A DNA stretch of 64,000 nt from a virus. The position numbers and the translations under genes were made by a program. Below are positions 1-10,121 of this stretch, in pieces. Below the pieces are notes generated by a model. It made no database searches, had not been told where the DNA came from, and saw nothing but the letters and a program-made list of their open reading frames with translations. The number at the start of each line of letters is the position of its first letter. Position 1 is the first letter of the stretch. The stretch is from the IMG/VR virus record IMGVR_UViG_3300030060_003575, positions 11,142-75,141 of that record. The stretch is one strand, 5' to 3'.

Positions 1-1
1 G

Positions 2-3000
2 TTAAATGCAAATTTAATTAATGCTTTAAATATAGCCACATCCGGTTCGTTTGTTGCTAGTGGTGGAAACATCACAATGTCTGCTGGTAGTAGTAATACT
101 ATATATGCCATCTCTGAAATCAAATATTTCCGCGATGGTAAACTTTTAACAATGTCTGCATTAAGCAGTAACAATGAACCCACATGGAACATTAATGCAA
201 ACTTCGATTGGTTTGGTTTAATTGTTATTGCAGATGGTACTGAAACAAGTGAAGGTGGTTCTGATGTTATTAAGTTTAGAGGCAGTAGTACATTAGGTGA
301 GACATTTGTTGATGGTGCTACACCTAAAAACGGAGACATTCCAATAGCAGCAGTTCATATTTCTAAAGCATCTACTAATACTGCTACTAACAGAAAAATT
401 CAATTCTTAGGTATGGGCAAATTAAACTCAGAGTTTTCTGCTGTCAACAACGGTACTGAAACACTTAGGATAAATAAAGACGGGACTATAACAAAGGGCG
501 GTCAAACTATAACTTTGCCGTCTACTACAGGAAATGTAGTAACCACAGGAGATACAAATACAATTACAGAAAGTATGATTGCAGATAATGCTATTGGTAA
601 TGACCAGATGGCTAATAATGCAGTTAACACAAATGAAATAGCAAATGATGCAGTCACATTTGCTAAGATGACTAATATATCAACAAACTCATTTATAGGT
701 AGAAATAGCGCAGGAACAGGTAATCCTGAAAATCTAACTAAAACACAGGCTTTAACAGTATTAAATGTAGAAGACGGTGCTGACGTAACGGACACAACAA
801 ATGTCAAGGCTGCATTGAACGCTGACTTGGGCGGGTCTATGACAATAGGTGATGCTAATGATACAGTTACAATTGCTGGTGATTTAATAGTTACAGGAAC
901 CACCACAACTGAATCAGTAGAAACTGTATCAACTTCTAATGGTGTAGTGTTTGAAGGTTCAGTTGCAGATAATCATGAAATAACATTAAAGGCTGGAACC
1001 GTTACAACTGACAGAACGATAACATTACCAAACGCAACCGGGACTATAGCACTTACCTCTAGTAATATAACTGGTAACGCTGCTACTGCTACGCAATTAC
1101 AAACAGGTAGAACAATCAACGGTGTTACTTTTAATGGTACTTCTAATATAACTGTTACAGCAGCAGCCGGAACATTAACTGGTAATACATTAAAGAGCAG
1201 TGTAACTGCTTCTTCATTAACAAGCGTTGGTACAATAGGTACAGGAACATGGCAAGGCACACCAATTGCAGATGCTTACATTTCTTCTGCTTCTACTTGG
1301 AACGCTAAACTTCCAACGATTGATAGTCACGATTTAGAATCTAACATAAATATTAACAATGATTTATTATTGATGCATGATGATTCGGCTAGTGGTACTA
1401 AGGAACACAAGATTAGTATTGCAACTATGTTAGGTAAAATTACTGCATCTCAATTAGCAGGTTCTGGTAAGGTTTTCGGTACTCTACCTGAGAGTGGTGC
1501 AGAAGTCAATCAAAACGCATTTACCACTATTGCTGTTTCAGGACAATCAAATGTTATAGCAGACCAAAAAACAGATACATTAACATTAGCAAGTGGTGGT
1601 GCTACTACAATTACTACTGCCGCAGGTAGCGATACAATTACTGTTTCTTCTACAAACACCACTTATTCAGCAGGAAATGGTATTGCTTTATCTGGGACTA
1701 CATTTAGTGTTGCTGCTGGGGATGCACTTACTCAAACATCAACAGGTTTAAAATTAGCAGACCCAGCAACATTATCAGAATTAACAGAAAGCACTGATAA
1801 TGGTTCGGATAAAATATTACTTTGGGATGAAAGCACCAGTGCTTGGAAATATATGAGTATAACAAACTTAGAAGATTCCATTGGAACATATACTGCGGGT
1901 ACTGGTTTAAGTGTATCAAGCAATGTGTTTACTCACGATTCACATACAGGAGAAGTTACTGGTTCTACTGCCTTAACTATTGCTAACAATGTAGTAGATG
2001 AAGCAAACCTAAAAGTCTCTAATAGCCCCACAAACGGATATTTCTTATCTGCTCAATCAGGAAACACAGGTGGTTTAACTTGGGCTGTTCCTGCAAACAC
2101 CCAATTAAGCCAAGAACAAGTTGAAGATTATGTAAATGGATTACTGGTTGCTGGCTCAAATATAACTAAAACTTATGATGATGCGGCAGGTACACTTACA
2201 ATAGCATCAACAGATACTAACACTCAATTAACTACAGAACAAGTTCAGGACATTGTAGGAGCAATGTTTACATCTAACACGGAAACAAGAATAGCAGCAA
2301 CCTATGAAGATGGAGATGGAACCATTGACTTAGTTGTTGATGACATGACAGCAGATACTAACACCCAATTATCAAACGAGCAAGTTCAAGATATTGTAGG
2401 TGCTATGTTTAGTGGAAATACAGAAACAAACATTACTGCAACATATCGAGATACTGATGGTACAGTAGACCTTGTTGCTTCAAGTGGTGATGTTGTTGAT
2501 GATACTTCACCACAACTAGGCGGAGATTTAGATGTTCAAACGCATGAAATTAAAACTACTAGCGGTAATAGAGATATTATTTTAAGACCAGATGGAACAG
2601 GTGCAGTTATAGTTTCAGATGAAGATGAAAGTTTCCCATCTTCTCCTACTCCAAACAAAGGAAAATTAACTGTATTGCATGATGGCGGAACAGGGCCAAC
2701 ACTATTACTCTCTGATACAGATGGTGATGAACATGGTGGCCCTAATTTAAACATTTACAGGGGTTCAGCCAGTCCTGCTGATGATGACATTATCGGGCAA
2801 ATAACTTTTCAAGGAGTTAACGATAATGATGAACTTGCAGGTTATGGTAGAGTTAAAACATCAATAGAAGATAATACAGATAGTACAGAAAGTGGTATAT
2901 TAGCCCTAAGCGTATTGAAGAATGGTACGCATTCTGATATGTTAACTATTAGCGGTGAAAATAATTTAGTTAAAGTCCACGGTAATTTTGAGGTTACAGG

Positions 3001-6000
3001 AACACAAACCGTTGTTGATACTGTAACTATGAATGCAGCAAATGCAATAGTGTTTGAAGGAGCAACTGCTGATGCATATGAAACTACATTAACTATTACA
3101 GACCCAACGGCTGATAGAACAATTACATTACCCAATACTAGCGGAACTGTTGCTTTAACCAGTCAATTAGCAGGTGCTGGTTCAGATACTACTTATTCAG
3201 CAGGTACTAACATCTCATTGAGTGGAACTACTTTCAATGTAGATGATGCTTTCTTGAAGAATGATGGTGATGATACAACAACAGGAACCATTACTGCCGC
3301 AGGGTTAAACTTAACAGCCGCAAATGACCATCCTCTTGTAATACGCAATACAACTAACTCTGGATATGCAGGTATTCAATTCAGCGATAACTCAAACAAC
3401 AGTTATGCACAAAGCGGTGAATTGAGATTTAATCACGCAGATAGCAGTTCACAAGGTAGTGGTGCATCATTCCACTTTACGACCACAGAAGCAGATTTAA
3501 GCATAGTCGGTGGTAAATTCATAGCATCAGACTCAGTTGCTACTGAACCCGGCTTTGGTTTTGCAGGTGATACTGATACAGGTATGTATCAGTCTGCTGC
3601 TAATACATTACAATTCGTAACTGCTGGAACAAACAGAATGCAAATTGCTTCCGGTGGAGGAGTTAGTATCAATAACGATGTTTCAATTACTAAGACATTA
3701 CCAAGTAATAATGCAACAACTCTTAGTGGCGCACAAGCATTTGTTGTTGATTGCATTGACGACCAATCCTCTTCTAGTGGGCCGGGTTTTGCAATTAGAC
3801 TAGAAGCAACAAATGACCATAATGGCCCTAACTATACCAAAACCATTATGGGCGATGGTGGAGGTATGAGAGTTAAAAACATCTTTGGTAACTATGGGTT
3901 TAGTGAATGGTGGTTAGGTGGGACTGCTGATGGTAATAAGCCCATTATGTCTCTTGCGGCAGGTGGAGCCACAAGTGCAGGTGCGGCTCAAGATGGAATA
4001 TTAACACTCTATTCAACTACTTCGGCTTGGGCAAACAATACATATTCACCAACCAATAACACAGCAAAGGTTGTATTAGACGCAGGTGGAGATTCATACT
4101 TTAAAGGCGGAGATGTAGGTATAGGTACATCAACAATAAATGGTATACTTCATATTCGTGATGAAAGTGATGGTGATGACCAATTCTCTGGTATTCGTTT
4201 CTTCCCCGCAGATTCAGAAACAAGTGCTACTGATAATGATTTCTATCATAATATCACGGGTTTCAGAAAAGGAGGATTGATGTTAAGTGGTGGACAAAGT
4301 GGAAACTACACTAGGACATATGCAACACTCAACAATGATGGTTTCAAGGTATTCACGAATGCAGGTGATAATACCGCAGTTAATATGTCTACACAACAAA
4401 GAATGTTAGTTCCTACAGGTGGAGGCGCAACTACATTCTATACAGATATATTAATAGAATCATCAGCGACTTCTGGTGAAGCACCCGTTCTTGACCTATA
4501 CAAAAACGATAGTGGCCCTGCTGTTAGCGAAGCAATGGGTTCAATTAAGTTCTCTGGTGAAAATGATGCAGACCAAAAAGTAACTTATGCTGAAATTCAG
4601 TCATTTATAGAAGATGAAACTGATGCTACTGAAAATGCTGCTTTACAGTTTTGGGTACAAGAAATGGGTACTCCAAGAGAGAATCTACGAATTGCATCCA
4701 ACCAAATCACATTCAACAACACCGAAAGAAACGTAGATGTGTTGATTAAATCAGACGATGGAAGTACAAACTTCTTCTCGGATGCTGGTACTAATCGTGT
4801 AGGAATAGGCACTACAAGCCCTGCTTCATTATTAGACGTAGCATCTGCTTCTACTTCTGTCATTAGACTATCAAACACGGATACTGCACTTACTGAAGAC
4901 CAAATAACAGGTGAGATAATATTCGACCAATCAGATAGCACAAGTGGCGGAGATGGTATAAGTGGGCGTATAGGTATGCGCTCGGCAACAAGACCGGATA
5001 ATGCTAGTTACTTTGGTAATGCAGCAGATATGGGATTCTTTGTTTCAGGTTCGGCTGATGGTACTGCTTCTAACAATGCGGCTTTAGAAGCAATGACTAT
5101 TAGAGCAGGTGGTAAAGTTGGAATAGGCACTACCACACCAACCGGAAAACTAACCATTACTGATGGAGGTCACGACATGATTCATCTGAATCGAACTGTG
5201 AACAACGCAGGGTACGGAATGGGTATAATTGGTAGAGCAGGAAACTCAGCATCCACAACTGCCGCACATGAGTATGCCGCAATATTCCTACAAATAGAAG
5301 ACAACACAGATGGTGCGGAAAAAGGTAGTATAGCATTCAATACATCAAGTGGTGGAACTGCGGCGGATTCAGGTAGCACTCATGCTATGCAAATTACATC
5401 TGCTGGTAATGTCGGGATAGGCACTACAAGCCCTGATGCTAAATTACGCATACATCAGACTGATGGTTCAGTTCATGGATTAAAGGTATCTAGGAACGAT
5501 TCAAGCACTTCTACCCCGTTAGTATTTTTACTTGATGATAGCGTATATGTGGATAGCCCTACACTTCATATAAGAAACGATAGAGCAGACCAATATGGTT
5601 ATTCTGCTTTATTTGAGGGAAGAGTTGGAATAGGTCATGCTGGAAACACGGTAACTGCCCCTGACCAACAATTACACGTTGAAGGTAGTATTCTGATTGA
5701 TGCGTACAATCAAGGTACAACAACAGTAGCCTCTAACTATTCAGATGGTGAGACTTCACTTGTTTTAACTGATGCAAGCACATTTAATGAAAAGGGAACA
5801 GGAACAATTAATGGTGTGAAGTTTAGTTGGACAGCAATAAACTATGGTACAAACACTTTAACTGTTCCAGACCTTAATGCAAACTATGCTTCTGGTGTAA
5901 CTGTTGCTGCTGATACAGGGTTATTCTTTAGAGAAGGGTTTGAAACTGCGGCTCAACCTAGTGTTACTATCTATGACCAAGCCAATAGCGGTGCTTCAAG

Positions 6001-8284
6001 AGATGACCTTTCACTTAATGCTAATAGTGCAATTAGAATGCAGTTGGCTAATAATGCGGAGGTGCTTCTAACTGATGATAAATTAAGCCTAACACCCGGT
6101 AATGAAGATGTTGCCTCATTTGTATTCAGAAACAGAGTAGACTTAGGTATGTTTGAAAGCGGATACAATCTACAACTTGCTGCACCAGAAAATGTTTATG
6201 TTCAAATAGATAGTAATAACAACAATGCTGGTACTAAAGGTTTCATTGTTAAGAAAGATTCAAACAGCGTTGGTGGTGGTACTGAAATATTCAAAGTTAT
6301 GGAAACAGGTGCAGTTACCATTAATCAAGCATTTACATTACCAACAGCAGATGGTTCAGCAAATCAGATATTAAAGACTGATGGAAGCGGTACAGTATCT
6401 TGGGCGGCTGATGGTTATGATGGTGATATTACTACGTTAGATATTGACGGTGGAACAGACATAGGTGAAGCAATAGCAGACTCAGACTTAATTATTGTAG
6501 ATAACGGAGCCGGAGGAACAAACCGTAAAGCAACGTTTAGCAGAGTTAAGACTTGGATTGGGGGTAATGTTTCAGAAGTGAGAATTAGAGATGCTAGAGC
6601 AGACGGTGATATAACACCAGATGACCACACTGATAGGGCTGCTTCATTCCATTTCACAGATGATATTACTGGTAGCCCTAACTCTTGGGATGGAGTATTA
6701 ACCATGAAAGGATGGGGTGACAGTTATACTGCTTGGCAATTACTATCTTCAAACGCTTCTTCAAACATACAAGTAAATCAACCTCTTTACTTTAGGACAG
6801 GAGAAGACGCCGCTTGGAGTAACTTAAGAAAGGTAATAACAGAAGATAACAATGGCCGTGTTGGTATTGGTAACGGTGGTAATGTTCAAGCCACTAACAC
6901 ACTAGAGATAAATCATTCTGGTGCTGATGGCGATAACGGAATAATGATTTCTAGAGATGTTGAAGAAATATCGCAAAACGATGTTCTTGGTGGTATTGGT
7001 TTTGATTCTCACGATGGTAATGACCCAAGCAGTGTTTTAGAAGCATCTGTTGCTATTGTTGCTAAAGCAAGGGAAGACCACAGTACAGGTGACAAAGGAG
7101 GATTCTTAGAATTCATGTATTCACCAACAAACCAAGATGATGATACAACAAGCAGTGTTGGTATGACATTTATAGATGGTAAGTTAGCCATAAACAATGG
7201 TGGGATTCACCCATTAACTACTCTAACTGTGTATCATAATGGCACCGATTTCAATGATGGAATGTTGATTGTTAGAAACGATGGAACTACTGTTGGTGGT
7301 GAATTACTTGGGGCAATTGGTTTTGATTCTAGAGACGGTAATGCTCCTTCACAGGCAACACAAGCATCTGCTGGTATTGCGGCTTATGCGGCAGAAGACC
7401 ATAGCACAGGTGACAAGGGTGGGGCTTTAGCGTTCTTTACATCACCTCTTGACCAAGATGATGATACTGCCTCTATCGAAAGAATGAGGATAAAGGCTGG
7501 TGGTTCTATCATGTTCCAAGATGATAACCCGAACAAGACAATCAGGGTTCATGCAGATACTAATTCAAGCCCTCAACCAAGAATAGAAATGATGCGAGGT
7601 ACGCATGATACATGGGGTAGTGGTGATAACTACAATGATTGGAGATTTATCAATGAAAACGATTTAGTATTCTATTCTGGTACAAGTAGCATTTCAAGCG
7701 GTGCGGCAGTAGAAAGACTAAAACTATATTCAGATGGAAGTGGATTAGAAATAAACAATGCTTACAAATTACCGGGAGCAGATGGTAGTAATGGACAAGT
7801 TTTAGTTACAAATGGTAGTGGAACATTATCATTCGCTGACCAATCAGGCGGGGGTGGAGGTTTAGATACAAACACCTTTGTTATTACTGGTGAAGAAGGA
7901 GACTTATATGCAGGTACAGGTAGCACAGGCAACGCTAACGGTTATCAATTCTCATACGGTAATGGTAGAGCAAACGTGCAAAATTCAAGCAGTGGAACTG
8001 ACTTTGGTATTAACGTACCTGTGAATTGCACATTAACCAGAGTAGATGTAGTATTTGGAAACAATGGTAATGTGAGTACCGGAACCACTACATTCGTTGT
8101 AGTGAAGAACGGTACAAATCAATCAGGTAACTTAAGCACTAGCCATTCATCAGGTGTGCATGATACTCATCATACAGGATTATCACATTCATTCTCAGCA
8201 GGTGATAGATTCAACTTAAGAACAACAACTTCATCTAAGCAAGTTGGCCCTATGAGAATGACAGCATACTTTACTCCAACATGA
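2..8284 (+). CDS. giant tail fibre / adhesin (5' partial; first in-window ATG at 77)
   Basis: The frame is open from position 2. The product exceeds 2700 aa, is G/T/S/N/D-rich, and has repeated G(N/R/K)VGIGTTxP and DRTITLP motifs plus LPxADGSxxQxLxTxGSG linkers typical of marine phage tail fibres. A chaperone-like gene follows. Confidence 0.8.
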   Translation, partial: LNANLINALNIATSGSFVASGGNITMSAGSSNTIYAISEIKYFRDGKLLTMSALSSNNEPTWNINANFDWFGLIVIADGTETSEGGSDVIKFRGSSTLGETFVDGATPKNGDIPIAAVHISKASTNTATNRKIQFLGMGKLNSEFSAVNNGTETLRINKDGTITKGGQTITLPSTTGNVVTTGDTNTITESMIADNAIGNDQMANNAVNTNEIANDAVTFAKMTNISTNSFIGRNSAGTGNPENLTKTQALTVLNVEDGADVTDTTNVKAALNADLGGSMTIGDANDTVTIAGDLIVTGTTTTESVETVSTSNGVVFEGSVADNHEITLKAGTVTTDRTITLPNATGTIALTSSNITGNAATATQLQTGRTINGVTFNGTSNITVTAAAGTLTGNTLKSSVTASSLTSVGTIGTGTWQGTPIADAYISSASTWNAKLPTIDSHDLESNININNDLLLMHDDSASGTKEHKISIATMLGKITASQLAGSGKVFGTLPESGAEVNQNAFTTIAVSGQSNVIADQKTDTLTLASGGATTITTAAGSDTITVSSTNTTYSAGNGIALSGTTFSVAAGDALTQTSTGLKLADPATLSELTESTDNGSDKILLWDESTSAWKYMSITNLEDSIGTYTAGTGLSVSSNVFTHDSHTGEVTGSTALTIANNVVDEANLKVSNSPTNGYFLSAQSGNTGGLTWAVPANTQLSQEQVEDYVNGLLVAGSNITKTYDDAAGTLTIASTDTNTQLTTEQVQDIVGAMFTSNTETRIAATYEDGDGTIDLVVDDMTADTNTQLSNEQVQDIVGAMFSGNTETNITATYRDTDGTVDLVASSGDVVDDTSPQLGGDLDVQTHEIKTTSGNRDIILRPDGTGAVIVSDEDESFPSSPTPNKGKLTVLHDGGTGPTLLLSDTDGDEHGGPNLNIYRGSASPADDDIIGQITFQGVNDNDELAGYGRVKTSIEDNTDSTESGILALSVLKNGTHSDMLTISGENNLVKVHGNFEVTGTQTVVDTVTMNAANAIVFEGATADAYETTLTITDPTADRTITLPNTSGTVALTSQLAGAGSDTTYSAGTNISLSGTTFNVDDAFLKNDGDDTTTGTITAAGLNLTAANDHPLVIRNTTNSGYAGIQFSDNSNNSYAQSGELRFNHADSSSQGSGASFHFTTTEADLSIVGGKFIASDSVATEPGFGFAGDTDTGMYQSAANTLQFVTAGTNRMQIASGGGVSINNDVSITKTLPSNNATTLSGAQAFVVDCIDDQSSSSGPGFAIRLEATNDHNGPNYTKTIMGDGGGMRVKNIFGNYGFSEWWLGGTADGNKPIMSLAAGGATSAGAAQDGILTLYSTTSAWANNTYSPTNNTAKVVLDAGGDSYFKGGDVGIGTSTINGILHIRDESDGDDQFSGIRFFPADSETSATDNDFYHNITGFRKGGLMLSGGQSGNYTRTYATLNNDGFKVFTNAGDNTAVNMSTQQRMLVPTGGGATTFYTDILIESSATSGEAPVLDLYKNDSGPAVSEAMGSIKFSGENDADQKVTYAEIQSFIEDETDATENAALQFWVQEMGTPRENLRIASNQITFNNTERNVDVLIKSDDGSTNFFSDAGTNRVGIGTTSPASLLDVASASTSVIRLSNTDTALTEDQITGEIIFDQSDSTSGGDGISGRIGMRSATRPDNASYFGNAADMGFFVSGSADGTASNNAALEAMTIRAGGKVGIGTTTPTGKLTITDGGHDMIHLNRTVNNAGYGMGIIGRAGNSASTTAAHEYAAIFLQIEDNTDGAEKGSIAFNTSSGGTAADSGSTHAMQITSAGNVGIGTTSPDAKLRIHQTDGSVHGLKVSRNDSSTSTPLVFLLDDSVYVDSPTLHIRNDRADQYGYSALFEGRVGIGHAGNTVTAPDQQLHVEGSILIDAYNQGTTTVASNYSDGETSLVLTDASTFNEKGTGTINGVKFSWTAINYGTNTLTVPDLNANYASGVTVAADTGLFFREGFETAAQPSVTIYDQANSGASRDDLSLNANSAIRMQLANNAEVLLTDDKLSLTPGNEDVASFVFRNRVDLGMFESGYNLQLAAPENVYVQIDSNNNNAGTKGFIVKKDSNSVGGGTEIFKVMETGAVTINQAFTLPTADGSANQILKTDGSGTVSWAADGYDGDITTLDIDGGTDIGEAIADSDLIIVDNGAGGTNRKATFSRVKTWIGGNVSEVRIRDARADGDITPDDHTDRAASFHFTDDITGSPNSWDGVLTMKGWGDSYTAWQLLSSNASSNIQVNQPLYFRTGEDAAWSNLRKVITEDNNGRVGIGNGGNVQATNTLEINHSGADGDNGIMISRDVEEISQNDVLGGIGFDSHDGNDPSSVLEASVAIVAKAREDHSTGDKGGFLEFMYSPTNQDDDTTSSVGMTFIDGKLAINNGGIHPLTTLTVYHNGTDFNDGMLIVRNDGTTVGGELLGAIGFDSRDGNAPSQATQASAGIAAYAAEDHSTGDKGGALAFFTSPLDQDDDTASIERMRIKAGGSIMFQDDNPNKTIRVHADTNSSPQPRIEMMRGTHDTWGSGDNYNDWRFINENDLVFYSGTSSISSGAAVERLKLYSDGSGLEINNAYKLPGADGSNGQVLVTNGSGTLSFADQSGGGGGLDTNTFVITGEEGDLYAGTGSTGNANGYQFSYGNGRANVQNSSSGTDFGINVPVNCTLTRVDVVFGNNGNVSTGTTTFVVVKNGTNQSGNLSTSHSSGVHDTHHTGLSHSFSAGDRFNLRTTTSSKQVGPMRMTAYFTPT
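2096..2480 (+). repeat. three tandem 41-47 aa repeats inside the tail fibre
   Basis: NTQLxxEQV(Q/E)DxVxxxx...TYxDxxGTxxx units start near 2096, 2219 and 2360. Confidence 0.85.
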
Positions 8285-8293
8285 GGTGATTAA

Positions 8294-8587
8294 ATGACAT
8301 TGACAGAAGAACAAGCATGGAATAACGTTAGAGCAGGAAGAGACTATTGGTTAGAAAAATCAGTAGATTTTTATCAGAGTAAACCTCTTTTATATAACTC
8401 ATTAACAGATGAACAAAGAACTGAATTAGGAGAATATAGACAAGCATTATTAGATTTTCCTCAGGATTTAGAGACTTATCTAAATGGAGACATGCCTTTA
8501 GACTATGACCAATACTTTCCAATACAGCCTGAGTTCTTTGAACACAGACAGCATACAGAAGAGACCCAAACTGCTATAACGACTTAA
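8294..8587 (+). CDS. tail fibre assembly chaperone-like protein
   Basis: WxxVRxxRDxxL...YRQALLDFPQ pattern, GAGGTGA RBS, directly downstream of the fibre gene. Confidence 0.7.
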   Translation: MTLTEEQAWNNVRAGRDYWLEKSVDFYQSKPLLYNSLTDEQRTELGEYRQALLDFPQDLETYLNGDMPLDYDQYFPIQPEFFEHRQHTEETQTAITT

Positions 8588-8895
8588 CGCAGAGTCGGTC
8601 TAACATATTACCCAACAAGAACGCCATAGAGCGTGTTTGTGAGTCGGTGCTAAACTAACCGGAATCTGGTTTTTTGTGGCCTCTAAGGGCCATACAAAGC
8701 CCATCTAAGTAGGATTTTTCAGTCGAATCACGGCGATATTTTGCGGGTCACGGGCGACCCCTATCAGCGTGAACAAGAATGAGAAAACCGACACTATTTA
8801 ACATCGAATCTAAAATAGGCTATTCTCAAAAGTTGATTTTCCTAGAGCCTTATTTTGACGTTTTCTTAAAAAGCCGTTTTTGGGGGTTTTGAAAA

Positions 8896-8907
8896 ACCAA
8901 AAAAAAT
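8896..8907 (-). terminator. oligo-T archaeal-type terminator ending the minus-strand operon
   Basis: An A-run on + (T-run on -) lies immediately after the stop codon at 8908, in the convergent intergenic region. Confidence 0.5.
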
Positions 8908-9069
8908 TTAGTGAGCCTCCGCTAAGGGTAAGATTTTTTCAGACCAGAGAGCATTACACTCCCTGCATTCCCAAATCTTAACCCTTTGCGGAGAACCCAC
9001 ATAGAAACCTAGAATTCTTCTAGGAATCGTTTCCTCGCCACAATTGGCACATTGTTCCCTAAGTGCCAC
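8908..9069 (-). CDS. small zinc-ribbon protein (53 aa, GTG start)
   Basis: Manual translation gives VALREQCANCGEE...KIWECRECNALWSE: two CxxC pairs in a TFIIS/RpoM-like ribbon pattern. It overlaps the upstream ORF. Confidence 0.6.
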   Translation of the reverse strand: MALREQCANCGEETIPRRILGFYVGSPQRVKIWECRECNALWSEKILPLAEAH

Positions 9070-9214
9070 GTTGTTGTTCCTCACTAATTAGTTGTTCCAT
9101 ATATTCTTCTATGGTTTCATTTGTGACCTTTGCAGACCCAAATGCCGCGAAGAATAGTAAACTAATAGCGAGTACAAATACAATCCATAGCACTATCTCT
9201 AATGTTGTTGCCAT
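9059..9214 (-). CDS. small single-TM membrane protein (51 aa)
   Basis: Manual translation MATTLEIVLWIVFVLAISLLFFAAFG...; the ATG overlaps the upstream stop. Confidence 0.55.
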   Translation of the reverse strand: MATTLEIVLWIVFVLAISLLFFAAFGSAKVTNETIEEYMEQLISEEQQRGT

Positions 9215-9810
9215 TACCAATCTACCTCCAATGTTCTTTCTTCTTCGTCATCAATTGAATAACCCTTTACAAACCCCTCATCTTTGCCGTGTTTCCACAA
9301 GTCATAAACTAATTGACAATCTTTTAAACAATACTCAGCAACCTCTGAGTATTTACCTTCTTTCCAAATAACAGGTGCGTCTGCACTATCCATTGTTTTT
9401 GCATCACCTAATGTGTGCTTTACTAAATTGCCTAAACTAAAACGCTGTCCTGTTACGGTACTTACTTCCCTACTTGTATCAATGTAGGCTTTCTTATTGA
9501 AGTATTTATTGATACAAAATATATCCATAGAGTCACGTAATACTGGTAGGTCAAAGGCCGCTAAGTTATGTCCTAGTAATATACCACCCTTTTGTATATG
9601 GTCGTCTAGGTCAAACTTTAACTGCCTTAATGATTTAACAACAGTGCCTCCCTTTGTTAAATCATCTACAGCCTTATCAATATAAACAGTACCTACATCA
9701 CCATCCCATGTGCAAACTACAGATGGAAGAAACATATGGGTATTGCCCCACCCACCAATTTCGTGAGCAAAGTTTTTTGTTTCAATATCTAATGCTAATA
9801 CATTACCCAA
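9214..9810 (-). CDS. DEDD/RNase H-fold 3'-5' exonuclease
   Basis: ExoI LDIET, ExoII GHNLAAFD and ExoIII YCLKD motifs. Confidence 0.85.
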   Translation of the reverse strand: MGNVLALDIETKNFAHEIGGWGNTHMFLPSVVCTWDGDVGTVYIDKAVDDLTKGGTVVKSLRQLKFDLDDHIQKGGILLGHNLAAFDLPVLRDSMDIFCINKYFNKKAYIDTSREVSTVTGQRFSLGNLVKHTLGDAKTMDSADAPVIWKEGKYSEVAEYCLKDCQLVYDLWKHGKDEGFVKGYSIDDEEERTLEVDW

Positions 9811-9872
9811 ACAAAGTCAACCCCAATAGTCCTGCAATAACAGTTGCAGTGGTTTTAAGTATTCCAGGAGAT

Positions 9873-10121
9873 TTATTCATCTCCGCCACCCCATAAATTC
9901 TTCAATGTCTTTTCTCTTTCTGCCTTTGGTTCAATAACCTTTGGCGCACTAACTTGCCTGCGTAGGAAAGTTACTATTCTTTCTTCACCTATAGATAAAT
10001 TGTCATATGCTTCCCAACCATCTTTGCCTTCTGCATTTAGATTATCTATCATATTCTTAGGCCCATTCAATATACTGAATACAAGAAACTTATATTCATA
10101 TTTTGCTCCTTCATAACTCAT
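9873..10121 (-). CDS. DUF4177-like small protein
   Basis: KYEYK...LNAEGKDGWE signature. Confidence 0.65.
   Translation of the reverse strand: MSYEGAKYEYKFLVFSILNGPKNMIDNLNAEGKDGWEAYDNLSIGEERIVTFLRRQVSAPKVIEPKAEREKTLKNLWGGGDE

Noticed and set aside
502-7197. Minus-strand ORFs within the tail fibre gene
   Set aside because: They are antisense shadows of a biased-codon long ORF, with no RBS or recognisable motifs.
6900-7480. Diversity-generating retroelement TR/VR pair in the fibre gene
   Set aside because: The duplicated blocks are in-frame protein repeats whose differences are not adenine-specific, and no reverse transcriptase is present in the window.
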